Shown here: positions 15,304 to 25,500 of the stretch, in pieces | Position numbering within the stretch: the stretch's first letter is position 1 | Layout of the letters: every line of letters starts with the position of its first letter | Assembly: GCA_044221035.1 (NCBI GenBank) | Contig: JBGAPU010000014.1 | Coordinates: 7,598-71,597, forward strand | DNA: 64,000 nucleotides | DNA from: Chthoniobacteraceae bacterium | GTDB taxonomy: Bacteria; Verrucomicrobiota; Verrucomicrobiia; Chthoniobacterales; Chthoniobacteraceae | Direction of reading: 5' to 3' | Position numbers and translations under genes: made by a program | The notes under the pieces: model-generated | The model's input: only the letters and a program-made list of their open reading frames with translations | Told to the model about the DNA's origin: nothing | Databases searched by the model: none

Positions 15304-18300
15304 ATGAGACAATTCCCGATCCTCGCCACCACCATCCTCGCCGCGCTGTCGGTGCCCGCCCTTGTGGCGCCGGCGCATTCGCAGGAGCGGCTGTCGCTGC
15401 AAAAGGGCGACCACATCGCGATCGTCGGCAGCGGGCTGGCGGACCGGCAGCAGCATCACGGCTGGCTGGAGGCGCTCATTCACAAGGCGTATCCGGGGCA
15501 TGAGCTGACGGTGCGGAATCTGGGCTTTGTGGCGGATGAGGTGAATCTGCATCCGCGCAGCGACGAGGTGCCGACGGTGGAGCAGTTCCTCGACATGAAG
15601 CCGGGGACGACGACGCTCACGGTCGGGAAAACGGAGGTGACCTACCACTGGGGCGCCGATTTCCACGCGAACGTGATCCTCGCGTATTGGGGCTTCAATG
15701 AGTCGTTCAAGGGCGAGGCGGGCGTGGGGGATTTCAAGAAGGCGCTGGATGAGTATCTGAAGAAGCTCACGTCGTCGGACTTCGGGAAGGGCAAGCCGCG
15801 CGTGGTGCTGCTCTCGCCGATCGCGCACGAGAACATGAAGGACCCGGTGAATTTCCCGGACGGCTCGGCGAACAACAGGAACCTCGCGCTCTACACGAAG
15901 GCGATGGCCGAGGTGGCGAAGGCGAACAACGTGCAGTTCGTGGATCTGTTCACGGCGTCGCAGGATCTCTTCGCGCATGCGGCGCGTCCGCTCACGATCA
16001 ACGGCATCCACCTCACCGAGGAGGGCGACAAGCAGCTCGCGCCGGCGCAGTTCAAGGCGATCTTCGGCAAGGACGCGCCGAGCACGACGGAGCCGGCGGT
16101 GGAGAAAATCCGGAGGGCTGTCGTGGTGAAGAACACGGAGTGGCACCACCGCTACCGCACGCCGGACCAATACAACATCTACGGCCAGCGCTCGCGCATC
16201 AAATACGCCGACCCGAACGACCCGAAGAACGCGCCGGACAATGCGACGATCATGGGCCAGGAGATGGCGCAGCGCGATGTGAAGACGGCGAACCGCGACA
16301 AGGCGGTGTGGTCGGTGGCGAAGGGGAATCCGTTCTTTGTGAAGGACGACAATCTGCCGCCCGTGGGCAAGGTGCCCGCGAACCGCTTCGGTCCGCTGCC
16401 ATTCCCGAAGGCCGACGCCGCCTCGGTGAACACGACGGACAAGAAGCCGGACCCGAAGTCGCCCCTGCGCCCCTACATTGAGAAGGGCGAGGACACGCTG
16501 AAATACATCAAGTCGCCCGCGGGGACGAAGGTGGAGTTCATCGCGTCGGAGAAGGAGTTCCCCGACCTGATCAACCCGGTGCAGATGAACTTCGACACGC
16601 GCGGCCGGCTGTGGGTGGCCGCGTGGCCGAACTACCCGGAGACGACGCCGACGACGAAGGTGTTCGACAAGCTGCTGGTGTTCGACATCGACCCGAAGAC
16701 CGGGAAGTTCACTAAGTGCACGACGTTCGCCGACGGGCTGAACTGCCCGACGGGGTTCCAGTTTTACAAGGACGGCGTGATGGTGATGCAGCACCCGGAC
16801 ATGGTCTTCCTCCGCGACACGGACGGCGACGGAAAGGCCGACTGGAAGGAGCGCATCGTGCACGGGCTCGACGCCGCCGACTCGCACCACGAGACGAACT
16901 CTATCTGCTACGAGCCGGGCGGCGCGGTGTATTTCAGCGACGGTGTCTTTCACCGCACGGGCGTGGAGACGCTGAAGGGCCCGGTGCGCAATGTGAACGG
17001 CGCGATTTACCGCTTCGAGCCGCGCAGCTTCCGCTTCGACCGCTACGTGCCCTATGGCTTCGCCAACCCGCACGGGCGCGTGTTCGACTACTGGGGCAAT
17101 GACATCATCACCGACGCGACGGGCAACGCGAACTACTTCGGCCCGGCATTCAGCGGCCACATCGACAGCGGCGCGCATCCGAACATGAAGCAGTTCTGGA
17201 ACCGGCCCTCGCGTCCGTGCCCCGGCACGAACATCCTCTCGAGCCGCCACTTCCCCGACGACTGGCAGGGGCAGTTTCTGAACACGAACGTGATCGGCTT
17301 CCAGGGCATCTTCCGCGCGAAAATCTCCGAGGACGGCTCGGGGCTGAAGGGCGAGACGATCGAGCCGCTCGTCGAGGGCATCCTCGGCGACGACCAGCAC
17401 GAGGGAAATCCGAACTTCCGCCCGAGCGGCATCGCTGTGGCGCCGGATGGCTCGCTGTATTTCATGGACTGGTCGCAGATGCTCATCGGGCATCTCCAGC
17501 ACCACCTGCGCGACCCGAACCGCGGCCACGCCCACGGGCGCATCTACCGCATCACGTATCCCTCGCGCCCGCTGCTGCAGCCGAAGAAGATCGCCGGCGA
17601 GCCCATCGAGAAGCTCCTCGACCTGCTGAAGGAGCACGAGGACAACGTCCGCCAGCGCGCGAAGATCGAACTCGACACGCGTCCGACGAAGGACGTCATC
17701 GCCGCCGTGCAGAAGTGGGAGCGCGGGCTCGATAAGAAGGACGCGAGCTACGAGCACAACCGCCTCGAGGCGCTGTGGGTCCACCAGTGGCACAACATCG
17801 TGAACCTCGACCTGCTGAACGCCGTGCTGAAGTCGCCCGAGCCGAAGGCCCGCGCGCAGGCCGTGCGCGTCCTCTGCTACTGGATGGACCGCGTGCCGAA
17901 CGCGCTCGCGCTCATCGGCGCCGCGGTGACCGACTCGGCCCCGCGCGTGCGCCTCGAAGCCATCCGCGCGCTCAGCTTCGTGAAGGGCAAGGACGTGCCG
18001 CAGGCCATCGAGTTTGCGAAGACCGCGATGCTCGAGAAGGACTACTACATCGACTACTGCTTCCGCGAGACGATGAAGCAGCTCGGCTCGCTGCCCGAGG
18101 CGAAGGACATCATCAGCAAGGATCCCGTCCTCGTCGCGCGCCTCCGCGCCGCGCCGGATGCGAAGTTCGGCCCCACGCGCAAGAAGCTCACCTCCGCCGA
18201 GCAGAAGGCGTATGACCTCGGCAAGGAGGTCTTCAACCGCGACGCGCACTGCGTGACGTGCCACCAGGCCGACGGCAAGGGTGTGGACAACACCTACCCG

Positions 18301-18690
18301 CCCCTCGTGAAGAGCGAGTGGCTCGACGACGACGAGCGCATGATCAAGATCGTGCTCAAGGGCCTCAACGGCCCGCTGAAATTCCAGGGGAAGGAATACG
18401 GCAAGAACGCCGCCATCCCGCCGATGATCGGCTTCGCGCCGCTCGCGAACGACGAGGAAATCGCCGCCGTGATCAGCTACGTGCGCCAGTCGTTCGGCAA
18501 CGACCTCGACTTCATCAAGGCCGAGGACGTGAAGCGCATCCGCGAACAGACGAAGGACCGCAACATCTTCTACACCGTGGATGAAATCTTGAAGGAGCAC
18601 CCGCTCGGGCAGAAGAAGGCCGCGCCCGCTGGCGACAAGCCCGCTGAAAAGAAGGCGGATGAGAAGAAGGGGAGCGAAAAGAAGAAATAA
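15304..18690 (+). CDS. Giant secreted SGNH-hydrolase / dehydrogenase-like beta-propeller / HEAT-repeat / cytochrome c fusion protein
   Basis: Signal peptide. SGNH-like 'IAIVGSGLADR'. PVC 'membrane-bound dehydrogenase' region ('RLWVAAWPNYP', 'FADGLNCPTGF'). HEAT-like repeats ('VRQRAKIEL', 'PRVRLEAIRAL'). C-terminal heme motif 'CVTCHQADGKG'. Confidence 0.85.
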   Translation: MRQFPILATTILAALSVPALVAPAHSQERLSLQKGDHIAIVGSGLADRQQHHGWLEALIHKAYPGHELTVRNLGFVADEVNLHPRSDEVPTVEQFLDMKPGTTTLTVGKTEVTYHWGADFHANVILAYWGFNESFKGEAGVGDFKKALDEYLKKLTSSDFGKGKPRVVLLSPIAHENMKDPVNFPDGSANNRNLALYTKAMAEVAKANNVQFVDLFTASQDLFAHAARPLTINGIHLTEEGDKQLAPAQFKAIFGKDAPSTTEPAVEKIRRAVVVKNTEWHHRYRTPDQYNIYGQRSRIKYADPNDPKNAPDNATIMGQEMAQRDVKTANRDKAVWSVAKGNPFFVKDDNLPPVGKVPANRFGPLPFPKADAASVNTTDKKPDPKSPLRPYIEKGEDTLKYIKSPAGTKVEFIASEKEFPDLINPVQMNFDTRGRLWVAAWPNYPETTPTTKVFDKLLVFDIDPKTGKFTKCTTFADGLNCPTGFQFYKDGVMVMQHPDMVFLRDTDGDGKADWKERIVHGLDAADSHHETNSICYEPGGAVYFSDGVFHRTGVETLKGPVRNVNGAIYRFEPRSFRFDRYVPYGFANPHGRVFDYWGNDIITDATGNANYFGPAFSGHIDSGAHPNMKQFWNRPSRPCPGTNILSSRHFPDDWQGQFLNTNVIGFQGIFRAKISEDGSGLKGETIEPLVEGILGDDQHEGNPNFRPSGIAVAPDGSLYFMDWSQMLIGHLQHHLRDPNRGHAHGRIYRITYPSRPLLQPKKIAGEPIEKLLDLLKEHEDNVRQRAKIELDTRPTKDVIAAVQKWERGLDKKDASYEHNRLEALWVHQWHNIVNLDLLNAVLKSPEPKARAQAVRVLCYWMDRVPNALALIGAAVTDSAPRVRLEAIRALSFVKGKDVPQAIEFAKTAMLEKDYYIDYCFRETMKQLGSLPEAKDIISKDPVLVARLRAAPDAKFGPTRKKLTSAEQKAYDLGKEVFNRDAHCVTCHQADGKGVDNTYPPLVKSEWLDDDERMIKIVLKGLNGPLKFQGKEYGKNAAIPPMIGFAPLANDEEIAAVISYVRQSFGNDLDFIKAEDVKRIREQTKDRNIFYTVDEILKEHPLGQKKAAPAGDKPAEKKADEKKGSEKKK

Positions 18691-18723
18691 CTGGCGCGCC
18701 CCATTCTCGATTCAGCGCAAGCG

Positions 18724-19215
18724 GTGACGCCCTCAGCGATTCCGATCCACTACGTTGTTGGCGATGCCACCTCCCCGGTGGTTGATGGTCCAAAGATCAT
18801 CGTGCATGTCTGCAACGATATCGGCGGTTGGGGGCGGGGCTTTGTCATGGCGCTGTCCCGGCGCTGGCCGGAACCGGAGCGGGAATACAGGAACTGGCAC
18901 CGTGGAGAGACATCGCAGCCGTTTGCGCTGGGAGAGGTCCAGTTCGTCCAAGTCGAATCCGACATCTGGGTCGCGAACCTGATCGGCCAGCGGGACATCC
19001 GGCAGCGCGGCGGTTCGCCGCCGATCCGCTACGATGCGTTGCGCGCGGGGCTGCAGACCGTGGGCCGCGAGGCAAGGCGCCTGTCTGCGACCGTTCACAT
19101 GCCGCGCATCGGTTGCGGCCTTGCGGGCGGAAAGTGGGAGGAGGTCGGGCCCATCGTGGAGCAGGAGCTCGCCTCCCTCGGCATCGGTGTCACCGTGTAT
19201 GACTTGCCGGCTTGA
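18724..19215 (+). CDS. Stand-alone macrodomain protein, TARG1/OARD1/DarG-like clade
   Basis: 163 aa (GTG start). 'VVGDATSP..IIVHVCNDIGGWGRGFVMALSRRW' and 'VHMPRIGCGLAGGKWEEV...VTVYDL' match the human TARG1 motif 'MPRIGCGLDRLQWENV..ITVYTL'. Confidence 0.85.
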   Translation: MTPSAIPIHYVVGDATSPVVDGPKIIVHVCNDIGGWGRGFVMALSRRWPEPEREYRNWHRGETSQPFALGEVQFVQVESDIWVANLIGQRDIRQRGGSPPIRYDALRAGLQTVGREARRLSATVHMPRIGCGLAGGKWEEVGPIVEQELASLGIGVTVYDLPA

Positions 19216-19370
19216 GGCGGAGCAAACCTGCATGAACTCCGGCGCTGCGCAGCGGCCCGGGCGTTTTGGCGACCGCAGAGGGTGCTCATGCGATGCAGCA
19301 AATCAGCCGATTTTCCCCGCAAGCTTTCCACCCCTCACAGATTGAAACGAGACACTTCACCCACCAACCC

Positions 19371-22300
19371 ATGAAACGCCCCGCATTCTCCCGCCTCCTC
19401 GCCCTCGCCGCTTTTCTCGGCGGATCGCTCACGACGTTCACCGCGCTCGCGGAGCCGCAGTGGATCTGGCTTTCCAAAAGCTCGAAGCCGAAGGAGCAGG
19501 TCACGCTCGCGCATGAGTTCACGCTCGCGGGCGATGTGAAGTCGGCGGTGCTCTCCGTGTCCGTGGACAACGGCGCGAAGGTGTTCATCAACGGCAAGCA
19601 CGCGGGGGACAACCGCGACTGGATGCAGCCGGTGGTGAAGGCCGACGTGAAGGCGCTGCTCGCGAAGGGAAAAAACACAATCCGCCTCGACGCGCACAAC
19701 AACGACGGCAGCGCCGCCGCGGTGGCCTTGCTCGAAATCGAGCTCGCAGACGGGAAGAGGGTGGCCATCGAGACCGGCCCCGAGTGGAAGGCCGCGCCCG
19801 CGGGCAGCAGCGATTTCAAGCCCGCGGTCGTCATCGCGAAATATGGCGCCGGGCCTTGGGGCAATGCCTTTGCGCAGACGGGTGGCGGCAAGGGCGGCGG
19901 CAAGGTGAAGCGCGGCGTGGACACGAGCGTGCAGGAGGCGACGAATCCCGCGGACATCCAGACGCTGCCGGGATTCAAGGTGGAGCTGCTCTACACCGTG
20001 CCGAAGGCCGAGCAGGGCTCGTGGGTTTCCATGACGGTGGACAAGAAGGGCCGCCTGCTCTGCGGCGACCAATACGGCGCGCTCTACCGCGTGACGCCGC
20101 CGGCCATCGGCAGCAAGGAGGCGGCGAAAGTGGAGAAGCTCGACGTGAGCATCGGCGGCGCGCACGGGCTGCTCTACGCGCACGATTCGCTCTACGTGAT
20201 GTTGAACGAGAAGGGCGCGCCCGAGGCGAAGGGCCTCGCGTCCGGCCTCTACCGGCTGAAGGACAAGGATGGCGACGACCATTTCGAATCGCCCGTGCTC
20301 CTCGCCGAGTGCCAGGGCGGCGGCGAGCACGGCCCGCATTCCATCCAGCTCGCGCCGGACGGGAAGAACATCTTCTTCAACTGCGGAAACCACACGAAGC
20401 TGCCGGTGAACCTCTCGCTCTCGCGGGCAAAGATGGGTTCGTGGGACGAGGACCATCTGCTGCCGCGCCTGTGGGACGGCAACGGCCACGCCCGCGGCAT
20501 CACCGCGCCGGGCGGCTACATCTGCAAGACGGACCCGGAGGGGAAAAAGGTGGAGCTGTTCTGCATGGGCTTCCGCAATGAGTTCGACTTCGCATTTGAC
20601 TCGAACGGCGAGGTCTTCGCCTACGACGCCGACATGGAGTGGGACATCGGCTCGCCGTGGTATCGCCCCACGCGCATCAACCACTGCGTGAGCGGCGGCG
20701 AATACGGCTGGCGCTCCGGCAGCGGCAAGTGGCCGACGTATTATCCCGACAGCCTGCCCGAGGCCGTAGACATCGGACCCGGCTCGCCGACGGGCGTGGC
20801 CTTCGGCACCGGCGCGAAATTCCCCGCGAAATACCAGCACGCGCTCTACGGCAACGACTGGACCTACGGGACGATGTATGCGGTGCACTTTAAGCCCGAC
20901 GGTGCGGGCATGAAGGCGGTGAAGGAGGAGTTCGTCGCCGCGAAGCCGCTGCCGCTCACCGATGTGGTGATCAACCAGCACGACGGCGCGATGTATTTCG
21001 CCATCGGCGGACGCAAGGCGCAGAGCGCCCTCTATCGCGTGACGTATGCAGGCAAGGAATCCACCGCGCCCGCGCAGCCTTACGCGCTCACTCCGGAGAT
21101 GAAGCAGCGCCGCGAACTCGAGAAGCTGCACGAGGACGGCACCGGCCCGGACGCGATCGCAAAGGCGTGGCCTTTCCTCGCGAGCAAGGACCGTTACCTG
21201 CGCTTCGCTGCGCGCGTCGCCATCGAGCGGCAGCCGGTGAGCCAGTGGAAGGAGCGCGCGCTCGCCGAGAAGGATCCGCAGGCGATCATCGAGGCATCCA
21301 TGGCGCTCGCGCGCGTGGGTCGCACGGAAAATCACAACCCGCAGGAAAACGGCAAGCCCGCGCCGGGCACTTCGAGCGGCCCCGTCGGCCCGACGAATGC
21401 GGAGGACGGCAAGCTAGAGGCGCAGATCCTCGCGCGTCTCGACACGATTGATTTCGCGAAGCTGGACATCGACCACCAGCTCCAGCTTCTGCGCGCGTAT
21501 CAGGTCGTCTTTGCGCGCCTCGGAAAACCGGACGCCGCCGCGTGCGCGAAGGCCGCCGCGCATTTCGAGCCGCACTACCCGAGCGCGAATGCGCTCGTGA
21601 ACCGCGAGATGTCGCAGCTCCTCATCTTCCTCGACTCAAAGAGCGTCGTCGGCAAGACGCTCGCGCTTGTCGCCTCGGCGAAGGACGACGCGGCCGCCAT
21701 CGCCTCGGACGCGCTGCTCGCGCGCAACCCCGGCTACGCGAGGGCCGCCGAGAGCGCTCATTCGAGCCGCCCGAACCTCCAGCAAATCGCGCTCATCGCC
21801 GGGCTGCGCAACGCCCGCGCCGGATGGACACCCGCGCTGAGGAAGACCTACTTCGCGTGGTTCCAGCGCACCTACGACTGGCGCGCGGGCAACAGCTTCC
21901 CGAAATTCATCGATCACATCCGCACCGAGGCGCTCGCGAATTTCGTCACCGACGCCGCCGAGCGCACCGCACTCGACGAGCTTTCGAAAAAGAGGCTCCC
22001 CGCCGCGCCCGCAAACGTCGTGATGCCGAAGGGCCCCGGCAAGGCGTGGACCACAGACGAGATCGTCGCGCTCACGCAGGGCGGGCTGCATGGCCGCAAT
22101 TTCGAGCAGGGCAAGTCGATGTATGCCGCGACGCTCTGCGCGCGCTGCCACCGCTTCAACGGCGAGGGCGGCAGCATCGGCCCGGACCTCACCGGCGCCG
22201 GCAACCGCTACACCATGCGCGACCTTGCCGAGAACATCATCGATCCTTCCAAGGTGATCAGCGACCAATACGGCACCGACGAGGTCGAGCTGAAGGACGG

Positions 22301-22538
22301 CACGAGCGTCGTGGGCCGCGCCATCGTGGAGGAGAACGGAAAACTCTTCCTGATGACGAGCCCGCTCGCGCCCGACGACCTCACCGCGGTGAATTCCGCC
22401 GATGTGAAGGGCCGCAAGCCGTTCAATGTCTCCATGATGCCGCCCGGCCTCATCAACACGCTGAACAAGGACGAGCTGCTCGACCTGATCGCGTTTCTCG
22501 TGAGCGGCGGCAACCCGAACGACAAGGCGTTCAAATAG
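19371..22538 (+). CDS. Giant secreted jelly-roll / dehydrogenase-like propeller / HEAT / cytochrome c protein
   Basis: Signal peptide from ATG 19371 (MKRPAFSRLLALAAFLGG). Propeller region 'FKVELLYTVPK..GSWVSMTVDKKGRLL'. HEAT-like region. C-terminal 'CARCHRFNGEGGSIGPDLT'. Confidence 0.85.
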   Translation: MKRPAFSRLLALAAFLGGSLTTFTALAEPQWIWLSKSSKPKEQVTLAHEFTLAGDVKSAVLSVSVDNGAKVFINGKHAGDNRDWMQPVVKADVKALLAKGKNTIRLDAHNNDGSAAAVALLEIELADGKRVAIETGPEWKAAPAGSSDFKPAVVIAKYGAGPWGNAFAQTGGGKGGGKVKRGVDTSVQEATNPADIQTLPGFKVELLYTVPKAEQGSWVSMTVDKKGRLLCGDQYGALYRVTPPAIGSKEAAKVEKLDVSIGGAHGLLYAHDSLYVMLNEKGAPEAKGLASGLYRLKDKDGDDHFESPVLLAECQGGGEHGPHSIQLAPDGKNIFFNCGNHTKLPVNLSLSRAKMGSWDEDHLLPRLWDGNGHARGITAPGGYICKTDPEGKKVELFCMGFRNEFDFAFDSNGEVFAYDADMEWDIGSPWYRPTRINHCVSGGEYGWRSGSGKWPTYYPDSLPEAVDIGPGSPTGVAFGTGAKFPAKYQHALYGNDWTYGTMYAVHFKPDGAGMKAVKEEFVAAKPLPLTDVVINQHDGAMYFAIGGRKAQSALYRVTYAGKESTAPAQPYALTPEMKQRRELEKLHEDGTGPDAIAKAWPFLASKDRYLRFAARVAIERQPVSQWKERALAEKDPQAIIEASMALARVGRTENHNPQENGKPAPGTSSGPVGPTNAEDGKLEAQILARLDTIDFAKLDIDHQLQLLRAYQVVFARLGKPDAAACAKAAAHFEPHYPSANALVNREMSQLLIFLDSKSVVGKTLALVASAKDDAAAIASDALLARNPGYARAAESAHSSRPNLQQIALIAGLRNARAGWTPALRKTYFAWFQRTYDWRAGNSFPKFIDHIRTEALANFVTDAAERTALDELSKKRLPAAPANVVMPKGPGKAWTTDEIVALTQGGLHGRNFEQGKSMYAATLCARCHRFNGEGGSIGPDLTGAGNRYTMRDLAENIIDPSKVISDQYGTDEVELKDGTSVVGRAIVEENGKLFLMTSPLAPDDLTAVNSADVKGRKPFNVSMMPPGLINTLNKDELLDLIAFLVSGGNPNDKAFK

Positions 22539-22584
22539 AGCGTTGCCCGTCGTCCCGCGCGGGCTTCTCTTTCCGCACCCGTCC

Positions 22585-25500
22585 ATGAATTCGAAACTGA
22601 AATCTGCCCTCGCCGCCACCATCGCAACCGCGCTGCCGCAGTTCGCGGGCGCCGCGGAGAAGATTTCGTTCAACCGCGACATCCGGCCGATTTTTTCGGA
22701 CATCTGCTTCACGTGCCACGGGCCGGATGTGTCGAAGATGAAGGGCGGGCTGCGGCTCGACACGAAGGAGGCGGCGATGAAGGGCGGCGAATCCGGCGCG
22801 GCGATTGTGCCGGGCAAGCCGGAGGCGAGCGAGGTCTTCAAGCGGCTCACCACGCACGACGCAGAGGACATCATGCCGCCGAAAAAATTCGGCAAGACGC
22901 TATCGGCGGAGCAAATCGAAACCGTGCGCCGCTGGATCGCGGAGGGCGCGGAGTATCAGGGGCACTGGGCGTTTATGAAACCGGAGCGGCCCGCGGTGCC
23001 GAAAAGCAGTGCTCAGTCCTCAGTCCTCAGTGCTCAGTCAAAGCTGGGCGCGCAGAGTGGAAATCTGAGCACTGAGAACTGGGCACTGAGCACCAACGCG
23101 ATCGACGCGTTCATCCTCGCGCGGCTCGAGAAGGAAAAGCTGACGCCGCAGCCGGAGGCGGCGAAGGAGAGGCTCATCCGCCGCGTGACGCTTGACCTCA
23201 CGGGGTTGCCGCCGACGCCGGAGGAAGTGGACGCCTTCCTCGCGGACAAATCGCCGAACGCCTTCGAGAAAGTCGTGGATCGCGTGCTCGCTTCGCCCCG
23301 CTACGGCGAGCACATGGCGGCGCGCTGGCTCGACATGGCGCGGTATGCGGACAGCAACGGCTTTCAATCCGACACGAAGCGCGAGATGTGGCACTGGCGC
23401 GACTGGGTCATCGGCGCGTTCAACCGCAACCTGCCATTCGACCAGTTCACCATCGAGCAACTCGCCGGCGATCTCATTCCGAATGCGCAGCGTGATCAGA
23501 TCGTCGCCACGGGTTTCAACCGCAACCACCGGCTGAACGGCGAAGGCGGGCGCATTGTCGAGGAGTGGTTCGCGGAGACCGTGATCGATCGCGTGGAGAC
23601 GACCGGCCTCACATGGACGGCGCTCACGCTGAACTGCTGCCGCTGCCACGATCACAAATACGATCCGATTTCGCAGAAGGAGTTTTACCAGCTCTTCGCC
23701 TACTTCAATTCGATCAACGAGAACGGTGTGCTCGACGATTTCGGCGGCGCCGGCCGCACACGGCGCGGGGGGAATTCGCGTCCAGTGCTCGCATTGCCGA
23801 CGCCCGAGCAGGAGGTGCAAATCTCGAAGCTCACCGCAGCATTGAAAGACGCGGAGGCGAAAGTGGCCACAGCCAGCAAGGAGCTCGCCGCAGCGCAGGC
23901 CGCCTGGGAGCCGAAGTTCCGTGCGGAGATGGAGCGTGGACTGCAGCCGTGGACGCAGCTCCAGCCGAAGGAAGTCCGCAGCGATGGTGGCGCGACTTTC
24001 ACCCGGCAGGCCGATGGCTCGTATCTCGCGAGCGGGATCAATCCGCCGTTCGACCAATACCTCATCGTGTCGCCGATTCCGGAGGGGACGTTCAGCGGGC
24101 TGCTACTCGAGGTTTTTCCCGACGAGTCACTGCCGAACAAGAGCCTCGGACGAAACGGAAACGGAAACTTTGTGCTCACCGACGTGATCGTGGACGTCAA
24201 TGCGCCCGGCCTCGCGAAGCCGCTGAGCGCGACCTTCACGCGCGCCGAGGCGGACTACAATCAGTCGCGCTACGAGGTCGGTCAGATCGTGCAGGACACG
24301 CAGGGCAAGCAGAAGCGCGGCAAAGGCGGGAAGAAGAGCCAGGGCTGGGCGATTGACGGCAACGACCCGGCAAAGCGTCTGCCACGCAAGGCGATGTTCA
24401 TCACGGGCATGCCCATCACCGTGCCGCCGAATGCGACCCTGAGCGTGACGCTGCGGCACGATTCGATCGCAAACCACAACATCGGGCGCTTCCGGCTTTC
24501 GATGACTTCGCTGCCGCCCGCGACGGTGAAGCTGAACGGTGCGCAGGTGGCGCCGAACATCGTCGCCGCGATCAACACGGAGGCAGCAAAGCGCACACCG
24601 GCGCAGAAGGCCGAGCTGGCGAAATTTTTCCGCGAGAACGCCGACAATCCCGTGAAGCGCGCGGAGGCTGGCGTCGCCGCCGCGAAGAAGGCGCTCGATG
24701 CCGTGTATGCCGATGTCTCCAGCACGATGGTGATGGAGGAAATCGCGCAGCCGCGCGAGGCGCGCATTTTGAAGCGCGGCGAATACGACAAGCCCGGCGA
24801 CGTGGTGCCGCGCGCGCTTCCAGCGATTTTCCCGCCGCTGCCGAAGGACGCGCCGAACAACCGGCTCGGACTCGCGAGGTGGCTCGTGAGCGGCGAGCAT
24901 CCGCTCACCGCGCGCGTGTGGGTGAACCGCGAGTGGGAGCGATTTTTCGGCCTCGGCCTCGTGAAGACGACGGAGAATTTCGGCTCGCAGGCCGAGTGGC
25001 CGTCGCATCCCGAGCTGCTCGACTGGCTCGCGACGGAATTTGTGCGGCTGAAGTGGGACATGAAGGCGATGCAGAAGCTCATCGTGATGAGTGCGACGTA
25101 TCGGCAGTCGTCGCGCGTCACGCCCGACGTGCTCGCGAAGGATCCCGAGAATCGTCTGCTCGCGCGCGGCCCGCGCTTCCGGCTCGGCGCCGAGGCGCTG
25201 CGCGACCAAGCGCTCGCGATCAGCGGATTGCTCGTGGAGAAAATCGGCGGCCCGAGCGTGAAGCCCTACATGCCCGCTGCCGTGTGGGACGAGACGAGCG
25301 TTTACGGCGACATGCGCAACTACAAGGAGGACACCGGCGAGGGACTCTACCGCCGCACGCTCTACACGATTTGGAAGCGCACCGCCGCGCCGCCGACGAT
25401 GACGATGTTCGATTCGCCGTCGCGCGAGATTTGCACCGTGAAGCGCTCGCGCACCAACACACCGCTCCAGGCGCTCGCGCTGCTGAATGAGAAGACCTAC

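Noticed and set aside
15247-18600. 1117-aa ORF on the - strand. Similar long antisense ORFs occur at 19335-21335, 25837-28518, 30731-32281, 43337-45064, 45074-46615 and 59738-62161.
   Set aside because: All lie opposite genes with clear domain signatures. Their translations are Arg/His/Ala-rich and lack any recognisable motif, so they are GC-driven open frames.
18691-19370. DarT-like toxin partner for the macrodomain gene
   Set aside because: The flanks contain only short gaps and overlapping shadow ORFs (18733-19233, 18828-19202) without ART-like motifs, so this is not a DarTG pair.
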